A DNA stretch of 64,000 nt from Escherichia coli (lineage in GTDB: Bacteria; Pseudomonadota; Gammaproteobacteria; Enterobacterales; Enterobacteriaceae). The position numbers and the translations under genes were made by a program. The DNA is taken from assembly GCF_003334305.1 (NCBI RefSeq), contig NZ_QOWS01000005.1. The stretch is one strand, 5' to 3'. This document shows positions 22,992 to 35,422 of the stretch, piece by piece. Each line of letters opens with the position of its first letter. Within the stretch, counting starts at the first letter, position 1. Under the pieces are notes generated by a model, which was given only the letters and a program-made list of their open reading frames with translations, was not told the origin of the DNA and searched no databases.

Positions 22992-23657
22992 ATGTTAGAT
23001 TTGTTTAAAGCAATTGGCCTGGGGCTGGTGGTGTTACTGCCGTTAGCTAACCCATTAACAACTGTCGCGTTATTTCTTGGCCTGGCAGGCAACATGAACA
23101 GTGCCGAACGTAATCGTCAGTCGTTGATGGCCTCGGTGTACGTATTTGCCATCATGATGGTGGCGTATTACGCCGGGCAACTGGTGATGGATACATTTGG
23201 CATTTCGATTCCCGGTCTGCGAATTGCAGGCGGCTTAATCGTCGCGTTTATCGGTTTTCGGATGCTCTTTCCGCAACAGAAAGCGATTGATTCACCGGAG
23301 GCGAAAAGCAAGTCGGAAGAGCTGGAAGATGAACCCAGTGCCAATATTGCCTTTGTGCCGCTAGCAATGCCAAGTACCGCTGGTCCGGGAACCATAGCGA
23401 TGATTATTAGCTCGGCGTCCACAGTGCGTCAGAGTTCAACCTTCGCTGATTGGGTACTGATGGTTGCGCCGCCGCTGATCTTTTTCCTGGTGGCGGTTAT
23501 TTTGTGGGGAAGCCTACGCAGCTCCGGCGCAATTATGCGGCTGGTGGGCAAGGGTGGCATTGAAGCGATCTCCCGTCTGATGGGATTCCTGCTGGTATGT
23601 ATGGGTGTGCAGTTTATTATTAACGGCATCCTGGAAATCATTAAAACGTACCATTAA
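22992..23657 (+). CDS. marC: MarC-family inner-membrane protein (221 aa)
   Basis: ORF 22992..23657; divergent from marRAB as in K-12. Confidence 0.9.
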   Translation: MLDLFKAIGLGLVVLLPLANPLTTVALFLGLAGNMNSAERNRQSLMASVYVFAIMMVAYYAGQLVMDTFGISIPGLRIAGGLIVAFIGFRMLFPQQKAIDSPEAKSKSEELEDEPSANIAFVPLAMPSTAGPGTIAMIISSASTVRQSSTFADWVLMVAPPLIFFLVAVILWGSLRSSGAIMRLVGKGGIEAISRLMGFLLVCMGVQFIINGILEIIKTYH

Positions 23658-23677
23658 AAAAGGCCCGAATGGGCCTT
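23656..23677. terminator. Bidirectional terminator between marC and sotB
   Basis: AAAAAGGCCC-gaat-GGGCCTTT; U-tract on the minus strand, TTT on the plus strand. Confidence 0.6.
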
Positions 23678-23681
23678 TCAA

Positions 23682-24872
23682 CTATTGCGTCTGTTCTTCG
23701 AGTGTCACTGGCCAGCGGCGAAATATAATGATTGACCAAATTAACGCGGCAAAAGCAGGCACCGCGCCCACATAACCAATCATCGACATTGACCAGTGCA
23801 AACTCACCTGATTACCTACCAACGCACCCGCCCCGATTCCAATATTAAATATGCCGGAGAATAGCGCCATCGCGACGTCGGTAGCATCTGGTGCCAGCGC
23901 CAGCACTTTAACCTGCATACCAAGCCCGATGATCATCATCGCGATCCCCCAGAAAATACTCAGCACCCCGAGGTGTATTTCACTGTTCGCCGCAGGTAAC
24001 AGCAATGCCAGGCACACCAGCAACAGCGCAATCGCCGTACTCACCAACGCAGACGCATACTGATTACCCAGTTTACCGAAAATCACGCTGCCAATAATGC
24101 CCGCACCACCGAGTAATAACAGTAATGCCGTGGCAAAGTTGGCGCTGAATCCCGCAATGTTTTGTACAAAAGGCTCGATATAGCTGTATGCCGTGTAATG
24201 GGCGGTGACAACCACCACAGTTAACAAATAAATGCTCATCAATGCCGGGCGGCGGAACAATAGCGGGAGGCTTTTCAATGAACCGGAATGCTCACTGGGC
24301 AGTAAGGGAAGTAACTTAATCAGGCACAAAAGGGTGATAAGCGCCCCAATACCAATCGCGAAGAAGGTCATTCGCCAACCGAAATACTGGCCCACAATGC
24401 GCCCGAGAGGTAAACCTAAGACCATCGCCAGTGCTGTACCGGTGGCAATTAAACTCAATGCCTGTGCTCGCTTCCCGGCCGGAGCCATACGGATCGCCAG
24501 AGACGCCGTAATCGACCAGAAAATCGCATGTGCAAAAGCCACACCAATGCGACTGATCACCAGAACGGTAAAGCTCCACGACAAAAACGACAGTACGTGG
24601 CTGGCAATAAACACCACAAACAGGCAGATCAGTAATTTGCGCCGTTCAACCTGACTGGTCATTAACATAAAAGGCAATGACATTAGCGCTACTACCCATG
24701 CGTAAATGGTCAACATGATGCCGACCTGAGCGGTTTGCATGTGAAAACTTTGCGCAATGTCAGAGAGCAGGCCAACAGGGACAAATTCGGTGGTGTTGAA
24801 GATGAAGGCGGCGACTGCCAGCGTAACGACCCGTAGCCACGCCACTTTGCGGGAAACAGTGTTTGTTGTCAT
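23682..24872 (-). CDS. sotB: MFS sugar efflux transporter SotB (YdeA), 396 aa
   Basis: ORF 23682..24872; 12-TM MFS architecture; synteny. Confidence 0.85.
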
Positions 24873-25021
24873 AACAGATTATCGGGTGAGTTGCGAAAAA
24901 GTGATGAAATGATCTTAAAACGGTTAATGATGTGAATACAATGCATTTGTGATCTGGATCGCGTTTTCCGTTTCTCTGACGCTGATTCTTTCACGCGTCA
25001 GAGAGTCGGTAACATCACGGT

Positions 25022-26137
25022 TTAATGACGTTCAGGGAGGTCTGGCGTTTTGGAGGTTGCGGGTATAGGTGGTCTGACAGGGGAGCGAGGCCTGTTTTTC
25101 ACCAGGTCTTCGTGAGTAACTTTTGGCGGCGTTTCATTTTTTACAAAAAGTTTGAGGGTCCTGCGCGCCATATGTTTGATAATTTTATCATCACTTAATG
25201 ATGCTGGCATCAACACGTCATTCAAATCACTTTCATTGGGATTCATAAATTGGTGATAGTGCAATAACATATTGGCGAAAAATAAAAACAAGTCCTGAAA
25301 ATGAGGAGATTCTTGTTCTGCTAAAAGGGATAAAAAGCAGATGCAGACTTCGGGTAGTACATGTTTGTTAGAACCTAATGAATCCATCAGGCTTTGCAAT
25401 AAATCCTCTTTTAATTCGCTGTCCGTTATGTCGAGAATGGCGGTGTTCAAGTTAGGATCTTTATTGACGAACCATCTGTGAACCTCAGAGTTATTCCATA
25501 ATCGGGGGAGTATGACAAAATTACCGCGAGAGATAAAATTCAGGACAAGCAAATCAAACTGGCGTAAGTAATCTGCAGCGGTATGGTGATCCGGAGGCAG
25601 GGGTTCAATATGTGGTGTATGCGCTCTTTTGATGGGAGCGCCAGGGTTGATCATCGGAAATTGTTCAATAAAATCATTCAGAAACAGAAAGGGCACACGC
25701 TCGACGCCGGTCTGAAATACGCGCCCCATAGTGACAGGCTTTGGGTTGGGAGCGCAAAAAATATTAATTTCTCCATCATGGCGAAAATTATCTAAATAAA
25801 TAGGGCTTAAATTTATTACTACCTGAAATTCAATATTTTCTTTGTGTCTTCCATTCTTGACGGGATAAGTGAGTTTAAACTGAACCTTTTCATTGTATAG
25901 CGTGTCGTTACCCCGGAAAGAAGTCCTCTGAATATATGATAAGTTATCAAGGTTATTAAATATCTTTTTTGTGGCTGAGTTGATGTTTAAAGACGTGCGC
26001 CACTCTTCATCACATATTATGGTACTGAGTGCATCAATAAAATCCTTTAAAACTTCTTTTACCTGAGGTGCAATATTACGAGCGGGAAAATCATCAGGAA
26101 GAGATATATAATTGCTGATGCTTACTGGCGTAACCAT
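25022..26137 (-). CDS. yneK: Uncharacterised protein YneK (371 aa)
   Basis: ORF 25022..26137; assignment by length and position between sotB and yneJ. Confidence 0.7.
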   Translation of the reverse strand: MVTPVSISNYISLPDDFPARNIAPQVKEVLKDFIDALSTIICDEEWRTSLNINSATKKIFNNLDNLSYIQRTSFRGNDTLYNEKVQFKLTYPVKNGRHKENIEFQVVINLSPIYLDNFRHDGEINIFCAPNPKPVTMGRVFQTGVERVPFLFLNDFIEQFPMINPGAPIKRAHTPHIEPLPPDHHTAADYLRQFDLLVLNFISRGNFVILPRLWNNSEVHRWFVNKDPNLNTAILDITDSELKEDLLQSLMDSLGSNKHVLPEVCICFLSLLAEQESPHFQDLFLFFANMLLHYHQFMNPNESDLNDVLMPASLSDDKIIKHMARRTLKLFVKNETPPKVTHEDLVKNRPRSPVRPPIPATSKTPDLPERH

Positions 26138-26214
26138 ATTTGCCCCATATAGTCATAAGTCATCGGAACATCACTATATAGGGCATTTGAGCTGCAAGAA
26201 CTATCAAAAATAGC

Positions 26215-27096
26215 TCATTGGTAACCCTGTTTTGCCGAGTCAGGCACATCCAGTAGTTGAATAAATGCCTCAAGCGGACGCGTTTTCGCACCACGACGCC
26301 AGACCAGCCAGGTTGTTAACCAACGCCATTGCTCAGCTAACGGCCACGCTTCAACCTGGTGATGCCCCGGCATACTTTCCAGCATAGAGCGTGGAATAAG
26401 CGCAATGCCTGCTCCTGCGACCACACAGGCCAACATCCCGTGATACGACTCCATCTCGTGAATAGTTCCCGGAGCGGCACCGTCAGCATGAAACCAGCTC
26501 TCGAAGTGGCGACGATACGAACAATTGGCGCGGAAGGCATAAATGTTACTGCCGTTAACCTGACTGGCGCGGATTACTGGCGCATGACCTTGTGGCGTGA
26601 CGATCATCAGCTCCTCGCGGTATACCGGTATCCCGTCAATGGCAGTATGGTTAATGGGCCCATCAATAAATGCCGCATTCAGTTTTCCCTCCAGCACTCC
26701 TTCCAGCATAGTGCCGGAAGGGCCGGTGGAAAGTGAAAACTGAATTTTGGGATAACGATGGTTGAATTCCGCCAGCGTGGCCGGAATGCGCACTGCTGCG
26801 GTGCTTTCCAGCGAACCAAGAGAAAATAAACCTTGCGGCTCATCGCCAGCGACAACGCTCCGCGCTTCATCCACTAACGCGAGAATTTGTTGGCTATAGC
26901 GTAAAAAGTTATGCCCGGCAGGAGAGAGACGTAAACGCTGATTCTCGCGAATAAACAGATCTACCCCCAGTTCTGTTTCCAGCTGGCGTAGACGGGTAGT
27001 GAGATTCGACGGCACGCGATGCACTATTGCTGCTGCCTGGGTTATGCTGCCAGCTTCGGCAACCGCGTTGAACATCTCCAGTTGTGTCAGATCCAT
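26215..27096 (-). CDS. yneJ: LysR-family transcriptional regulator YneJ (293 aa)
   Basis: ORF 26215..27096; N-terminal LysR HTH ([23 protein letters not shown]); divergent from sad. Confidence 0.8.
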   Translation of the reverse strand: MDLTQLEMFNAVAEAGSITQAAAIVHRVPSNLTTRLRQLETELGVDLFIRENQRLRLSPAGHNFLRYSQQILALVDEARSVVAGDEPQGLFSLGSLESTAAVRIPATLAEFNHRYPKIQFSLSTGPSGTMLEGVLEGKLNAAFIDGPINHTAIDGIPVYREELMIVTPQGHAPVIRASQVNGSNIYAFRANCSYRRHFESWFHADGAAPGTIHEMESYHGMLACVVAGAGIALIPRSMLESMPGHHQVEAWPLAEQWRWLTTWLVWRRGAKTRPLEAFIQLLDVPDSAKQGYQ

Positions 27097-27196
27097 AATA
27101 TTCTCGATTCGTGAATAAGTGGCTTAATATTATTCATTTTAAAGCAAGAGTAAATCTGCGTATCTTCATACCATGACTCATAAAGGAGATACCCCG

Positions 27197-28585
27197 ATGA
27201 CCATTACTCCGGCAACTCATGCAATTTCAATAAATCCTGCCACGGGTGAACAACTTTCTGTGCTGCCGTGGGCTGGCGCTAACGATATCGAAAACGCACT
27301 TCAGCTGGCGGCAGCAGGCTTTCGCGACTGGCGCGAGACAAATATAGATTATCGTGCTGAAAAACTGCGTGGTATCGGTAAGGCTCTGCGCGCCCGTAGC
27401 GAAGAAATGGCGCAAATGATCACCCGTGAAATGGGCAAACCAATCAATCAGGCGCGCGCTGAAGTGGCGAAATCGGCGAATTTGTGTGACTGGTATGCAG
27501 AACATGGTCCGGCAATGCTGAAGGCGGAACCTACGCTGGTGGAAAATCAGCAGGCAGTTATTGAGTATCGACCGTTGGGGACGATTCTGGCGATTATGCC
27601 GTGGAACTTTCCGTTATGGCAGGTGATGCGTGGCGCGGTTCCCATCATTCTTGCAGGTAACGGCTACTTACTTAAACATGCGCCGAATGTGATGGGCTGT
27701 GCTCAGCTCATTGCCCAGGTGTTTAAAGATGCGGGAATCCCGCAAGGCGTATATGGCTGGCTGAATGCCGACAACGACGGTGTCAGTCAAATGATTAAAG
27801 ATTCGCGCATTGCTGCTGTCACGGTGACCGGAAGTGTTCGTGCGGGAGCGGCTATTGGCGCACAGGCTGGAGCGGCACTGAAAAAATGCGTACTGGAACT
27901 GGGCGGTTCGGATCCATTTATTGTGCTTAACGATGCCGATCTGGAACTGGCGGTTAAAGCGGCGGTAGCCGGACGTTATCAGAATACCGGACAGGTTTGT
28001 GCAGCGGCAAAACGCTTTATTATCGAAGAGGGAATTGCTTCTGCATTTACCGAACGTTTTGTGGCAGCTGCGGCAGCCTTGAAAATGGGCGATCCCCGTG
28101 ATGAAGAGAACGCTCTCGGACCAATGGCTCGTTTTGATTTACGTGATGAGCTGCATCATCAGGTGGAGAAAACCCTGGCGCAGGGTGCGCGTTTGTTACT
28201 GGGCGGGGAAAAGATGGCTGGGGCAGGTAACTACTATCCGCCAACGGTTCTGGCGAATGTTACCCCAGAAATGACCGCGTTTCGGGAAGAAATGTTTGGC
28301 CCTGTTGCGGCAATCACCGTTGCGAAAGATGCAGAACATGCGCTGGAACTGGCTAATGATAGTGAGTTCGGCCTTTCAGCGACCATTTTTACCACCGACG
28401 AAACACAGGCCAGACAGATGGCGGCACGTCTGGAATGCGGTGGGGTGTTTATCAATGGTTATTGTGCCAGCGACGCGCGAGTGGCCTTTGGTGGCGTGAA
28501 AAAGAGTGGCTTTGGTCGTGAGCTTTCCCATTTCGGCTTACACGAATTCTGTAATATCCAGACGGTGTGGAAAGACCGGATCTGA
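27197..28585 (+). CDS. sad: NAD-dependent succinate-semialdehyde dehydrogenase Sad (YneI), 462 aa
   Basis: ORF 27173..28585; aldehyde dehydrogenase motifs (LELGGSDP; catalytic Cys in GQVCAAAKR). Confidence 0.85.
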   Translation: MTITPATHAISINPATGEQLSVLPWAGANDIENALQLAAAGFRDWRETNIDYRAEKLRGIGKALRARSEEMAQMITREMGKPINQARAEVAKSANLCDWYAEHGPAMLKAEPTLVENQQAVIEYRPLGTILAIMPWNFPLWQVMRGAVPIILAGNGYLLKHAPNVMGCAQLIAQVFKDAGIPQGVYGWLNADNDGVSQMIKDSRIAAVTVTGSVRAGAAIGAQAGAALKKCVLELGGSDPFIVLNDADLELAVKAAVAGRYQNTGQVCAAAKRFIIEEGIASAFTERFVAAAAALKMGDPRDEENALGPMARFDLRDELHHQVEKTLAQGARLLLGGEKMAGAGNYYPPTVLANVTPEMTAFREEMFGPVAAITVAKDAEHALELANDSEFGLSATIFTTDETQARQMAARLECGGVFINGYCASDARVAFGGVKKSGFGRELSHFGLHEFCNIQTVWKDRI

Positions 28586-28648
28586 CGCGACATATTCAGC
28601 TCTGATATACTCGCAGGTCTTTTCAGACCTGCGGTCCAGGAGTAGAAA

Positions 28649-29575
28649 GTGGCAGTCGCCATGGATAATGCAATTTTAGAAAACATCTTGCGGCAAGTGC
28701 GGCCGCTCATTGGTCAGGGTAAAGTCGCGGATTATATTCCGGCGCTGGCTACAGTAGACGGTTCCCGATTGGGCATTGCTATCTGTACCGTTGACGGACA
28801 GCTTTTTCAGGCCGGAGACGCGCAAGAACGTTTTTCCATTCAGTCTATTTCCAAAGTGCTGAGTCTCGTTGTCGCCATGCGTCATTACTCCGAAGAGGAA
28901 ATCTGGCAACGCGTCGGCAAAGATCCGTCTGGATCACCGTTCAATTCTTTAGTGCAACTGGAAATGGAGCAGGGTATTCCGCGTAATCCGTTTATTAATG
29001 CTGGTGCGCTGGTGGTTTGCGATATGTTGCAAGGGCGATTAAGCGCACCACGGCAACGTATGCTGGAAGTCGTGCGCGGCTTAAGCGGTGTGTCTGATAT
29101 TTCATACAATACGGTGGTAGCGCGTTCCGAATTTGAACATTCCGCGCGAAATGCGGCTATCGCCTGGCTGATGAAGTCGTTTGGCAATTTCCATCATGAT
29201 GTGACAACCGTTCTGCAAAACTACTTTCATTACTGCGCTCTGAAAATGAGCTGTGTAGAGCTGGCCCGGACGTTTGTCTTTCTGGCTAATCAGGGGAAAG
29301 CTATTCATATTGATGAACCTGTGGTGACGCCAATGCAGGCGCGGCAAATTAACGCGCTGATGGCGACCAGTGGTATGTACCAGAACGCGGGGGAGTTTGC
29401 CTGGCGGGTGGGGCTACCGGCGAAATCTGGCGTTGGTGGCGGTATTGTGGCGATTGTTCCGCATGAAATGGCCATCGCTGTCTGGAGTCCGGAACTGGAT
29501 GATGCAGGTAACTCGCTTGCGGGTATTGCCGTCCTTGAACAATTGACGAAACAGTTAGGGCGTTCGGTTTATTAA
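28649..29575 (+). CDS. glsB: Glutaminase 2 GlsB (YneH), 308 aa
   Basis: ORF 28649..29575; serine-dependent glutaminase fold (QSISKVL motif). Confidence 0.85.
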   Translation: MAVAMDNAILENILRQVRPLIGQGKVADYIPALATVDGSRLGIAICTVDGQLFQAGDAQERFSIQSISKVLSLVVAMRHYSEEEIWQRVGKDPSGSPFNSLVQLEMEQGIPRNPFINAGALVVCDMLQGRLSAPRQRMLEVVRGLSGVSDISYNTVVARSEFEHSARNAAIAWLMKSFGNFHHDVTTVLQNYFHYCALKMSCVELARTFVFLANQGKAIHIDEPVVTPMQARQINALMATSGMYQNAGEFAWRVGLPAKSGVGGGIVAIVPHEMAIAVWSPELDDAGNSLAGIAVLEQLTKQLGRSVY

Positions 29576-29934
29576 TGCAGTCTCTCGATCCACTCTTCGC
29601 GCGTTTATCCCGTTCAAAATTTCGCTCTCGCTTTCGTCTGGGCATGAAAGAGCGTCAGTATTGCCTGGAGAAAGGCGCGCCAGTCATCGAACAACATGCG
29701 GCGGATTTTGTCGCTAAACGTCTTGCTCCGGCATTACCGGCTAATGACGGTAAGCAAACCCCCATGCGCGGGCATCCGGTGTTTATCGCTCAGCACGCCA
29801 CCGCGACCTGCTGTCGCGGTTGTCTGGCTAAGTGGCATAACATTCCGCAGGGTGTTTCGTTAAGCGAAGAACAACAACGTTATATCGTGGCGGTAATCTA
29901 TCACTGGCTGGTTGTACAGATGAATCAGCCATGA
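29575..29934 (+). CDS. yneG: DUF4186 family protein YneG (119 aa)
   Basis: ORF 29575..29934; start overlaps the glsB stop (TAATG). Confidence 0.8.
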   Translation: MQSLDPLFARLSRSKFRSRFRLGMKERQYCLEKGAPVIEQHAADFVAKRLAPALPANDGKQTPMRGHPVFIAQHATATCCRGCLAKWHNIPQGVSLSEEQQRYIVAVIYHWLVVQMNQP

Positions 29935-30072
29935 GAATTGCGGAAAACGATAAAATAGCATTCCCAGGGTACCTTTATTTGCCGCCGCTGTTAGCGAACA
30001 TGCTATCCTTTATGAGAATTTACTTATTACGTTGAGATAATTGCCACCCGCAATTGTATGGACAGATAATTA

Positions 30073-31491
30073 ATGCATGTACACCCCATTTCAACTTTCC
30101 GTTTGTTCCAGGAAGGTCATCTGCTACGTAATAGCATCGCTATTTTTGCGCTAACCACGCTGTTCTATTTTATTGGTGCAGAGTTACGGCTGGTTCACGA
30201 ACTTTCTCTTTTCTGGCCGCTGAATGGCGTAATGGCGGGGGTGTTTGCCCGCTATGTCTGGCTTAATCGACTGCATTACTATGCGATCAGTTATGTGGCG
30301 ATGCTGGTTTATGATGCCATAACCACCGAATGGGGACTGGTTTCACTGGTTATCAATTTCTCCAATATGATGTTTATTGTTACCGTCGCCTTACTGGTCG
30401 TGCGGGATAAGCGTCTGGGGAAAAATAAGTATGAGCCAGTAAGTGCCTTACGGCTATTTAATTACTGTCTCATTGCCGCATTATTATGCGCTATTGTCGG
30501 GGCGATTGGTTCGGTCAGTATTGATAGTCTGGATTTCTGGCCTTTGCTTGCGGACTGGTTCAGTGAGCAATTCTCAACGGGCGTTTTGATCGTGCCTTGT
30601 ATGCTGACGTTGGCTATTCCTGGAGTGCTGCCGCGCTTTAAAGCAGAACAGATGATGCCCGCCATCGCGCTTATTGTGTCGGTTATTGCCTCGGTAGTCA
30701 TTGGCGGAGCGGGGAGTCTGGCGTTCCCGCTGCCTGCATTAATCTGGTGTGCAGTGCGCTATACGCCGCAGGTAACATGTCTGTTGACCTTTGTCACCGG
30801 TGCGGTGGAAATCGTACTGGTGGCAAATTCGGTGATTGATATCTCGGTCGGTTCGCCGTTCTCCATTCCGGAAATGTTCTCCGCACGTCTCGGTATTGCC
30901 ACGATGGCGATATGCCCAATTATGGTTTCTTTTAGCGTGGCAGCGATCAATTCGCTAATGAAGCAAGTTGCGCTGCGAGCCGACTTTGATTTTCTGACTC
31001 AGGTTTACTCACGGTCCGGTCTTTATGAGGCGCTGAAAAGTCCATCGCTGAAACAGACACAACATCTGACGGTCATGCTGCTTGATATTGACTATTTCAA
31101 AAGCATTAACGATAACTATGGACATGAATGTGGCGATAAAGTGTTAAGCGTGTTTGCCCGGCATATTCAGAAGATTGTCGGTGATAAGGGGCTGGTGGCG
31201 CGCATGGGCGGCGAAGAATTTGCTGTTGCAGTGCCGTCGGTGAATCCTGTCGATGGTCTGCTAATGGCGGAAAAAATCCGTAAAGGCGTTGAACTGCAAC
31301 CATTCACCTGGCAACAAAAAACGCTTTATCTCACGGTAAGTATTGGCGTCGGTAGTGGTCGCGCATCGTACCGAACGCTGACCGATGATTTTAATAAATT
31401 GATGGTCGAAGCCGATACGTGTCTGTATCGCTCGAAGAAAGATGGGCGCAACCGTACCAGCACTATGCGTTACGGTGAGGAAGTTGTCTGA
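30073..31491 (+). CDS. dgcF: Membrane-anchored diguanylate cyclase DgcF (YneF), integral-membrane N-terminus + GGDEF (472 aa)
   Basis: ORF 30073..31491; multiple TM helices then GGDEF domain with RMGGEEFAV. Confidence 0.75.
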   Translation: MHVHPISTFRLFQEGHLLRNSIAIFALTTLFYFIGAELRLVHELSLFWPLNGVMAGVFARYVWLNRLHYYAISYVAMLVYDAITTEWGLVSLVINFSNMMFIVTVALLVVRDKRLGKNKYEPVSALRLFNYCLIAALLCAIVGAIGSVSIDSLDFWPLLADWFSEQFSTGVLIVPCMLTLAIPGVLPRFKAEQMMPAIALIVSVIASVVIGGAGSLAFPLPALIWCAVRYTPQVTCLLTFVTGAVEIVLVANSVIDISVGSPFSIPEMFSARLGIATMAICPIMVSFSVAAINSLMKQVALRADFDFLTQVYSRSGLYEALKSPSLKQTQHLTVMLLDIDYFKSINDNYGHECGDKVLSVFARHIQKIVGDKGLVARMGGEEFAVAVPSVNPVDGLLMAEKIRKGVELQPFTWQQKTLYLTVSIGVGSGRASYRTLTDDFNKLMVEADTCLYRSKKDGRNRTSTMRYGEEVV

Positions 31492-31717
31492 CATCTTTAT
31501 TCATTCCGCGCGATTTGAATGCAATGTGTTCTACCACTTTATGATCCAGGAAAAGGCGTATTTCCTCGATTAAACCATGATCCGCGCCACACTTTTCTCA
31601 TAAAACTGCTCATTAATCATCAGGAGTTGATCAAAACAGGGGTTCGGCGTATTAAAGTTTGCTAACCTGTCGTACCAATTCAAACAGGTTGTATGACTAA
31701 TCAGAAGGGAACCCATT

Positions 31718-33169
31718 GTGAAAACACTAAATCGTCGCGATTTTCCCGGTGCACAGTATCCAGAACGTATCATTCAGTTTGGTGAAGGTAACTTCCTGCG
31801 CGCCTTTGTTGACTGGCAAATCGATCTCCTGAATGAGCACACCGATCTGAATTCTGGCGTGGTCGTTGTTCGTCCGATTGAAACTTCATTCCCACCGTCA
31901 CTGAGCACGCAGGATGGTCTGTACACCACCATTATCCGTGGCCTGAATGAGAAGGGGGAAGCGGTCAGCGACGCGCGTCTGATTCGCTCGGTTAATCGTG
32001 AAATCAGCGTCTACAGTGAATACGATGAATTCCTGAAACTGGCTCACAACCCGGAAATGCGCTTTGTTTTCTCTAATACCACCGAAGCGGGTATCAGCTA
32101 CCATGCGGGCGATAAATTCGATGACGCGCCAGCGGTAAGTTATCCGGCAAAACTGACCCGTCTGCTGTTCGAACGTTTTAGCCATTTCAACGGTGCGCTG
32201 GATAAAGGTTGGATCATCATCCCGTGTGAGTTGATCGACTACAATGGCGACGCGTTGCGTGAACTGGTGCTGCGCTATGCGCAAGAGTGGGCACTGCCAG
32301 AAGCATTTATTCAATGGCTGGATCAGGCTAACAGCTTCTGTTCTACGCTGGTGGACCGTATCGTTACCGGTTATCCGCGCGATGAAGTGGCTAAACTGGA
32401 AGAAGAGCTGGGTTATCACGATGGTTTTCTCGACACCGCTGAACACTTTTACCTGTTTGTGATTCAGGGACCGAAATCCTTAGCGACTGAACTGCGTCTG
32501 GACAAATATCCGCTCAACGTGCTGATTGTTGACGATATTAAACCGTACAAAGAACGCAAAGTGGCAATCCTCAACGGTGCGCACACCGCGCTGGTGCCGG
32601 TGGCGTTCCAGGCAGGGCTGGATACCGTAGGTGAAGCGATGAACGATGCTGAAATTTGCGCATTCGTTGAAAAAGCTATCTACGAAGAAATTATTCCGGT
32701 ACTGGATTTGCCTCGTGATGAACTGGAATCTTTCGCCAGTGCAGTCACCGGGCGTTTCCGTAACCCGTACATTAAGCATCAGCTGCTGTCTATCGCGCTC
32801 AACGGTATGACCAAGTTCCGCACTCGCATCCTGCCGCAGCTGCTGGCAGGGCAGAAGGCAAAAGGCACACTTCCGGCGCGCCTTACTTTCGCATTAGCGG
32901 CATTGATTGCCTTCTATCGTGGTGAGCGTAACGGAGAAACATATCCGGTACAGGACGATGCACACTGGCTGGAACGTTATCAGCAACTCTGGAGCCAGCA
33001 TCGTGACCGTGTTATCGGTACCCAGGAACTGGTAGCGATTGTGTTGGCAGAAAAAGACCACTGGGAGCAGGACCTGACGCAAGTGCCTGGTCTGGTCGAG
33101 CAGGTTGCTAATGACCTGGATGCGATTCTTGAAAAAGGGATGCGCGAAGCTGTACGTCCGTTGTGCTAA
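31718..33169 (+). CDS. uxaB: Altronate oxidoreductase (tagaturonate reductase) UxaB, 483 aa
   Basis: ORF 31718..33169 (GTG start); [30 protein letters not shown]. Confidence 0.9.
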   Translation: MKTLNRRDFPGAQYPERIIQFGEGNFLRAFVDWQIDLLNEHTDLNSGVVVVRPIETSFPPSLSTQDGLYTTIIRGLNEKGEAVSDARLIRSVNREISVYSEYDEFLKLAHNPEMRFVFSNTTEAGISYHAGDKFDDAPAVSYPAKLTRLLFERFSHFNGALDKGWIIIPCELIDYNGDALRELVLRYAQEWALPEAFIQWLDQANSFCSTLVDRIVTGYPRDEVAKLEEELGYHDGFLDTAEHFYLFVIQGPKSLATELRLDKYPLNVLIVDDIKPYKERKVAILNGAHTALVPVAFQAGLDTVGEAMNDAEICAFVEKAIYEEIIPVLDLPRDELESFASAVTGRFRNPYIKHQLLSIALNGMTKFRTRILPQLLAGQKAKGTLPARLTFALAALIAFYRGERNGETYPVQDDAHWLERYQQLWSQHRDRVIGTQELVAIVLAEKDHWEQDLTQVPGLVEQVANDLDAILEKGMREAVRPLC

Positions 33170-33188
33170 TAACACCGTTACTTCTGAA

Positions 33189-33216
33189 CCCGGTTTCGAC
33201 CGGGTTTCTTATTTCA
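33189..33216 (+). terminator. Rho-independent terminator of uxaB
   Basis: AACCCGGT-ttcg-ACCGGGTT followed by TCTTATTT. Confidence 0.55.
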
Positions 33217-33375
33217 CTATATTAGTTACAACATCCTATGTGCCTTTATCATTAACAGGTGCCACATGCAGCGCCTGTTAATGTTGTAAGCTTGTAGGTA
33301 ATTTGTAAGTAGCGTCTTGAGAATGTGATCGTAATCACGTTTAATAGGGCGACTTTTCCACGCCTGAAGATAACC

Positions 33376-34290
33376 ATGATTGTTCGTCCACAACAACACT
33401 GGCTGCGCCGTATTTTTGTCTGGCACGGCTCAGTATTATCCAAGATATCCTCGCGCTTACTACTCAATTTTCTCTTTTCTATCGCTGTTATATTCATGCT
33501 GCCCTGGTACACGCATCTGGGCATCAAATTCACCCTCGCACCGTTCAGCATTCTCGGTGTCGCCATCGCCATTTTTCTTGGTTTTCGTAATAATGCCGGG
33601 TACGCCCGTTACGTTGAAGCGCGAAAACTTTGGGGGCAGTTGATGATTGCCTCACGGTCGTTACTGCGCGAGGTAAAAACGACATTGCCGGATTCGGCAA
33701 GTGTAAGGGAGTTTGCCCGGCTGCAAATCGCCTTCGCCCACTGTTTACGCATGACATTACGCAAACAGCCACAGGCGGAAGTGCTGGCTCATTATCTCAA
33801 GACTGAAGATCTTCAGCGTGTACTGGCTTCGAACTCTCCAGCTAACCGTATCTTGTTAATAATGGGAGAATGGTTGGCGGTTCAGCGCCGCAATGGACAG
33901 CTTTCAGATATCCTGTTTATTAGCCTCAACGATCGGCTTAATGATATTTCAGCGGTTCTGGCAGGCTGTGAGCGCATTGCCTACACGCCAATTCCCTTTG
34001 CCTACACCCTGATTTTGCATCGTACCGTTTATCTGTTTTGTATCATGCTGCCGTTCGCGCTGGTCGTGGACCTGCATTACATGACGCCTTTTATCTCTGT
34101 GCTGATTTCCTACACTTTTATTTCGCTGGATTGTCTGGCGGAAGAACTGGAAGATCCGTTCGGTACTGAAAACAATGATTTACCGCTGGATGCCATCTGC
34201 AACGCTATTGAAATTGACCTGTTACAGATGAACGATGAAGCAGAAATTCCAGCAAAAATTCTTCCCGATCGTCATTACCAGCTGACGTGA
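33376..34290 (+). CDS. yneE: Bestrophin-like (UPF0187) membrane protein YneE (304 aa)
   Basis: ORF 33325..34290; start set at MIVRPQQHWLRR. Confidence 0.75.
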   Translation: MIVRPQQHWLRRIFVWHGSVLSKISSRLLLNFLFSIAVIFMLPWYTHLGIKFTLAPFSILGVAIAIFLGFRNNAGYARYVEARKLWGQLMIASRSLLREVKTTLPDSASVREFARLQIAFAHCLRMTLRKQPQAEVLAHYLKTEDLQRVLASNSPANRILLIMGEWLAVQRRNGQLSDILFISLNDRLNDISAVLAGCERIAYTPIPFAYTLILHRTVYLFCIMLPFALVVDLHYMTPFISVLISYTFISLDCLAEELEDPFGTENNDLPLDAICNAIEIDLLQMNDEAEIPAKILPDRHYQLT

Positions 34291-34293
34291 TAA

Positions 34294-35052
34294 TTACTCC
34301 GTACGGCGGGCAACAATAAACAGACGCGGAAATGCCAGCAGTATCTGTTCGTTCTCTTGCAGTGGATACTGCTCTTCCAGCATCTGATGGTAGCGCGTAA
34401 GAAAAAGCTGCTGTTCGCTCTCGGTCAGATCCTGTAACCACGGACGTAATCCAGTGGCGGTCACCCAATCGATAATCGCCTGGTGCGACGGCATCTGGTG
34501 ATAGTAGGTGGTTCGCCAGATATCGACCTCACATCCGGCTTCGCTCAAAATATCGTAGTAAGCATGAACGCCAGCCAACGGCTCACGCCCGCGATCCGGG
34601 TAGTTTTGTTCCCAGGCAACTTCGCGCATGAGCACATGGGTCGGCTCCAGCCAGTTATCTGGCATCTGTACTGCCAGCACGCCCTGCGGATTAAGTAAAG
34701 AAACCAGATGAGGAAACAATTCGTAGTGGTCGGGCAGCCATTGCAGTGAGGCATTAGCAAAAATCAGATCGAGTGCCTGTTCCGGTTGCCAGTTGCGGAT
34801 GTCTGCTTCCACGAACTGGCAGTCTGGCAAAGCACTGCGCGCTTCAGCAATCATCGCCGGAGACGAGTCGATGCCTGTTATCCTGGCAGCAGGCCAACGT
34901 TGGTTTAGAAGGGCGGTGCTGTTACCTGGGCCACAGCCAAGATCGGCAACGTATTCGATATTCTCCAGCGGTACTCTGGCAAGCAGCTCCACCGCCGGAC
35001 GCGATCGTTCAGCGGCAAAGTGCAGATATAAAGAGGGGTTCCAGTCAGACAT
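34294..35052 (-). CDS. tam: Trans-aconitate 2-methyltransferase Tam (252 aa)
   Basis: ORF 34294..35052; SAM-binding motif [10 protein letters not shown]. Confidence 0.85.
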   Translation of the reverse strand: MSDWNPSLYLHFAAERSRPAVELLARVPLENIEYVADLGCGPGNSTALLNQRWPAARITGIDSSPAMIAEARSALPDCQFVEADIRNWQPEQALDLIFANASLQWLPDHYELFPHLVSLLNPQGVLAVQMPDNWLEPTHVLMREVAWEQNYPDRGREPLAGVHAYYDILSEAGCEVDIWRTTYYHQMPSHQAIIDWVTATGLRPWLQDLTESEQQLFLTRYHQMLEEQYPLQENEQILLAFPRLFIVARRTE

Positions 35053-35108
35053 TTATTTACTCCCGTCAGCGCGTTACCCCAATTGTAGATAAAACTGATG
35101 AATTCGCC

Positions 35109-35399
35109 TCACGGCATCAACCCATTGAACAGACGTTTTTTACGCGGCCCGGTCATTAAAGATTCCAGTTTCGCGACACAGGTTTTGTAGTGGGGCGTGG
35201 TTTTATGGAATGCCACTGCGTCTTCATCTTTATAGGCTTCGTAGATATAAAAGCGCGAATTCACTTCCGGGTCCTGTAAGACATCGAAGCGCAAATTGCC
35301 TTCTTCCTGTACAGAGCCCAGGTGGTTCTGGCGAAAAACTTCGATAAACTCGTCAATCTTGTCTTCATGAACGTTAATTTCAACCAGTGTGACGTGCAT
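35109..35399 (-). CDS. lsrG: Autoinducer-2 degrading protein LsrG (96 aa)
   Basis: ORF 35109..35399; antibiotic-biosynthesis-monooxygenase fold; last gene of the lsr operon. Confidence 0.9.
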   Translation of the reverse strand: MHVTLVEINVHEDKIDEFIEVFRQNHLGSVQEEGNLRFDVLQDPEVNSRFYIYEAYKDEDAVAFHKTTPHYKTCVAKLESLMTGPRKKRLFNGLMP

Positions 35400-35422
35400 A
35401 ATTCTTCTCCTTAAATCCGCAG

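Noticed and set aside
24973-25004. 10-bp perfect inverted repeat (TCTCTGACGC ... GCGTCAGAGA) between yneK and sotB as a terminator
   Set aside because: No U-tract follows on either strand; it may be a Rho-dependent site or a regulatory palindrome, but evidence is insufficient to call it.
28586-28648. Hairpin CGCAGGTC-ttttca-GACCTGCG between sad and glsB as a terminator
   Set aside because: No U-tract follows, and sad and glsB appear to be co-oriented neighbours; more likely an mRNA stability or REP-like element, not called.
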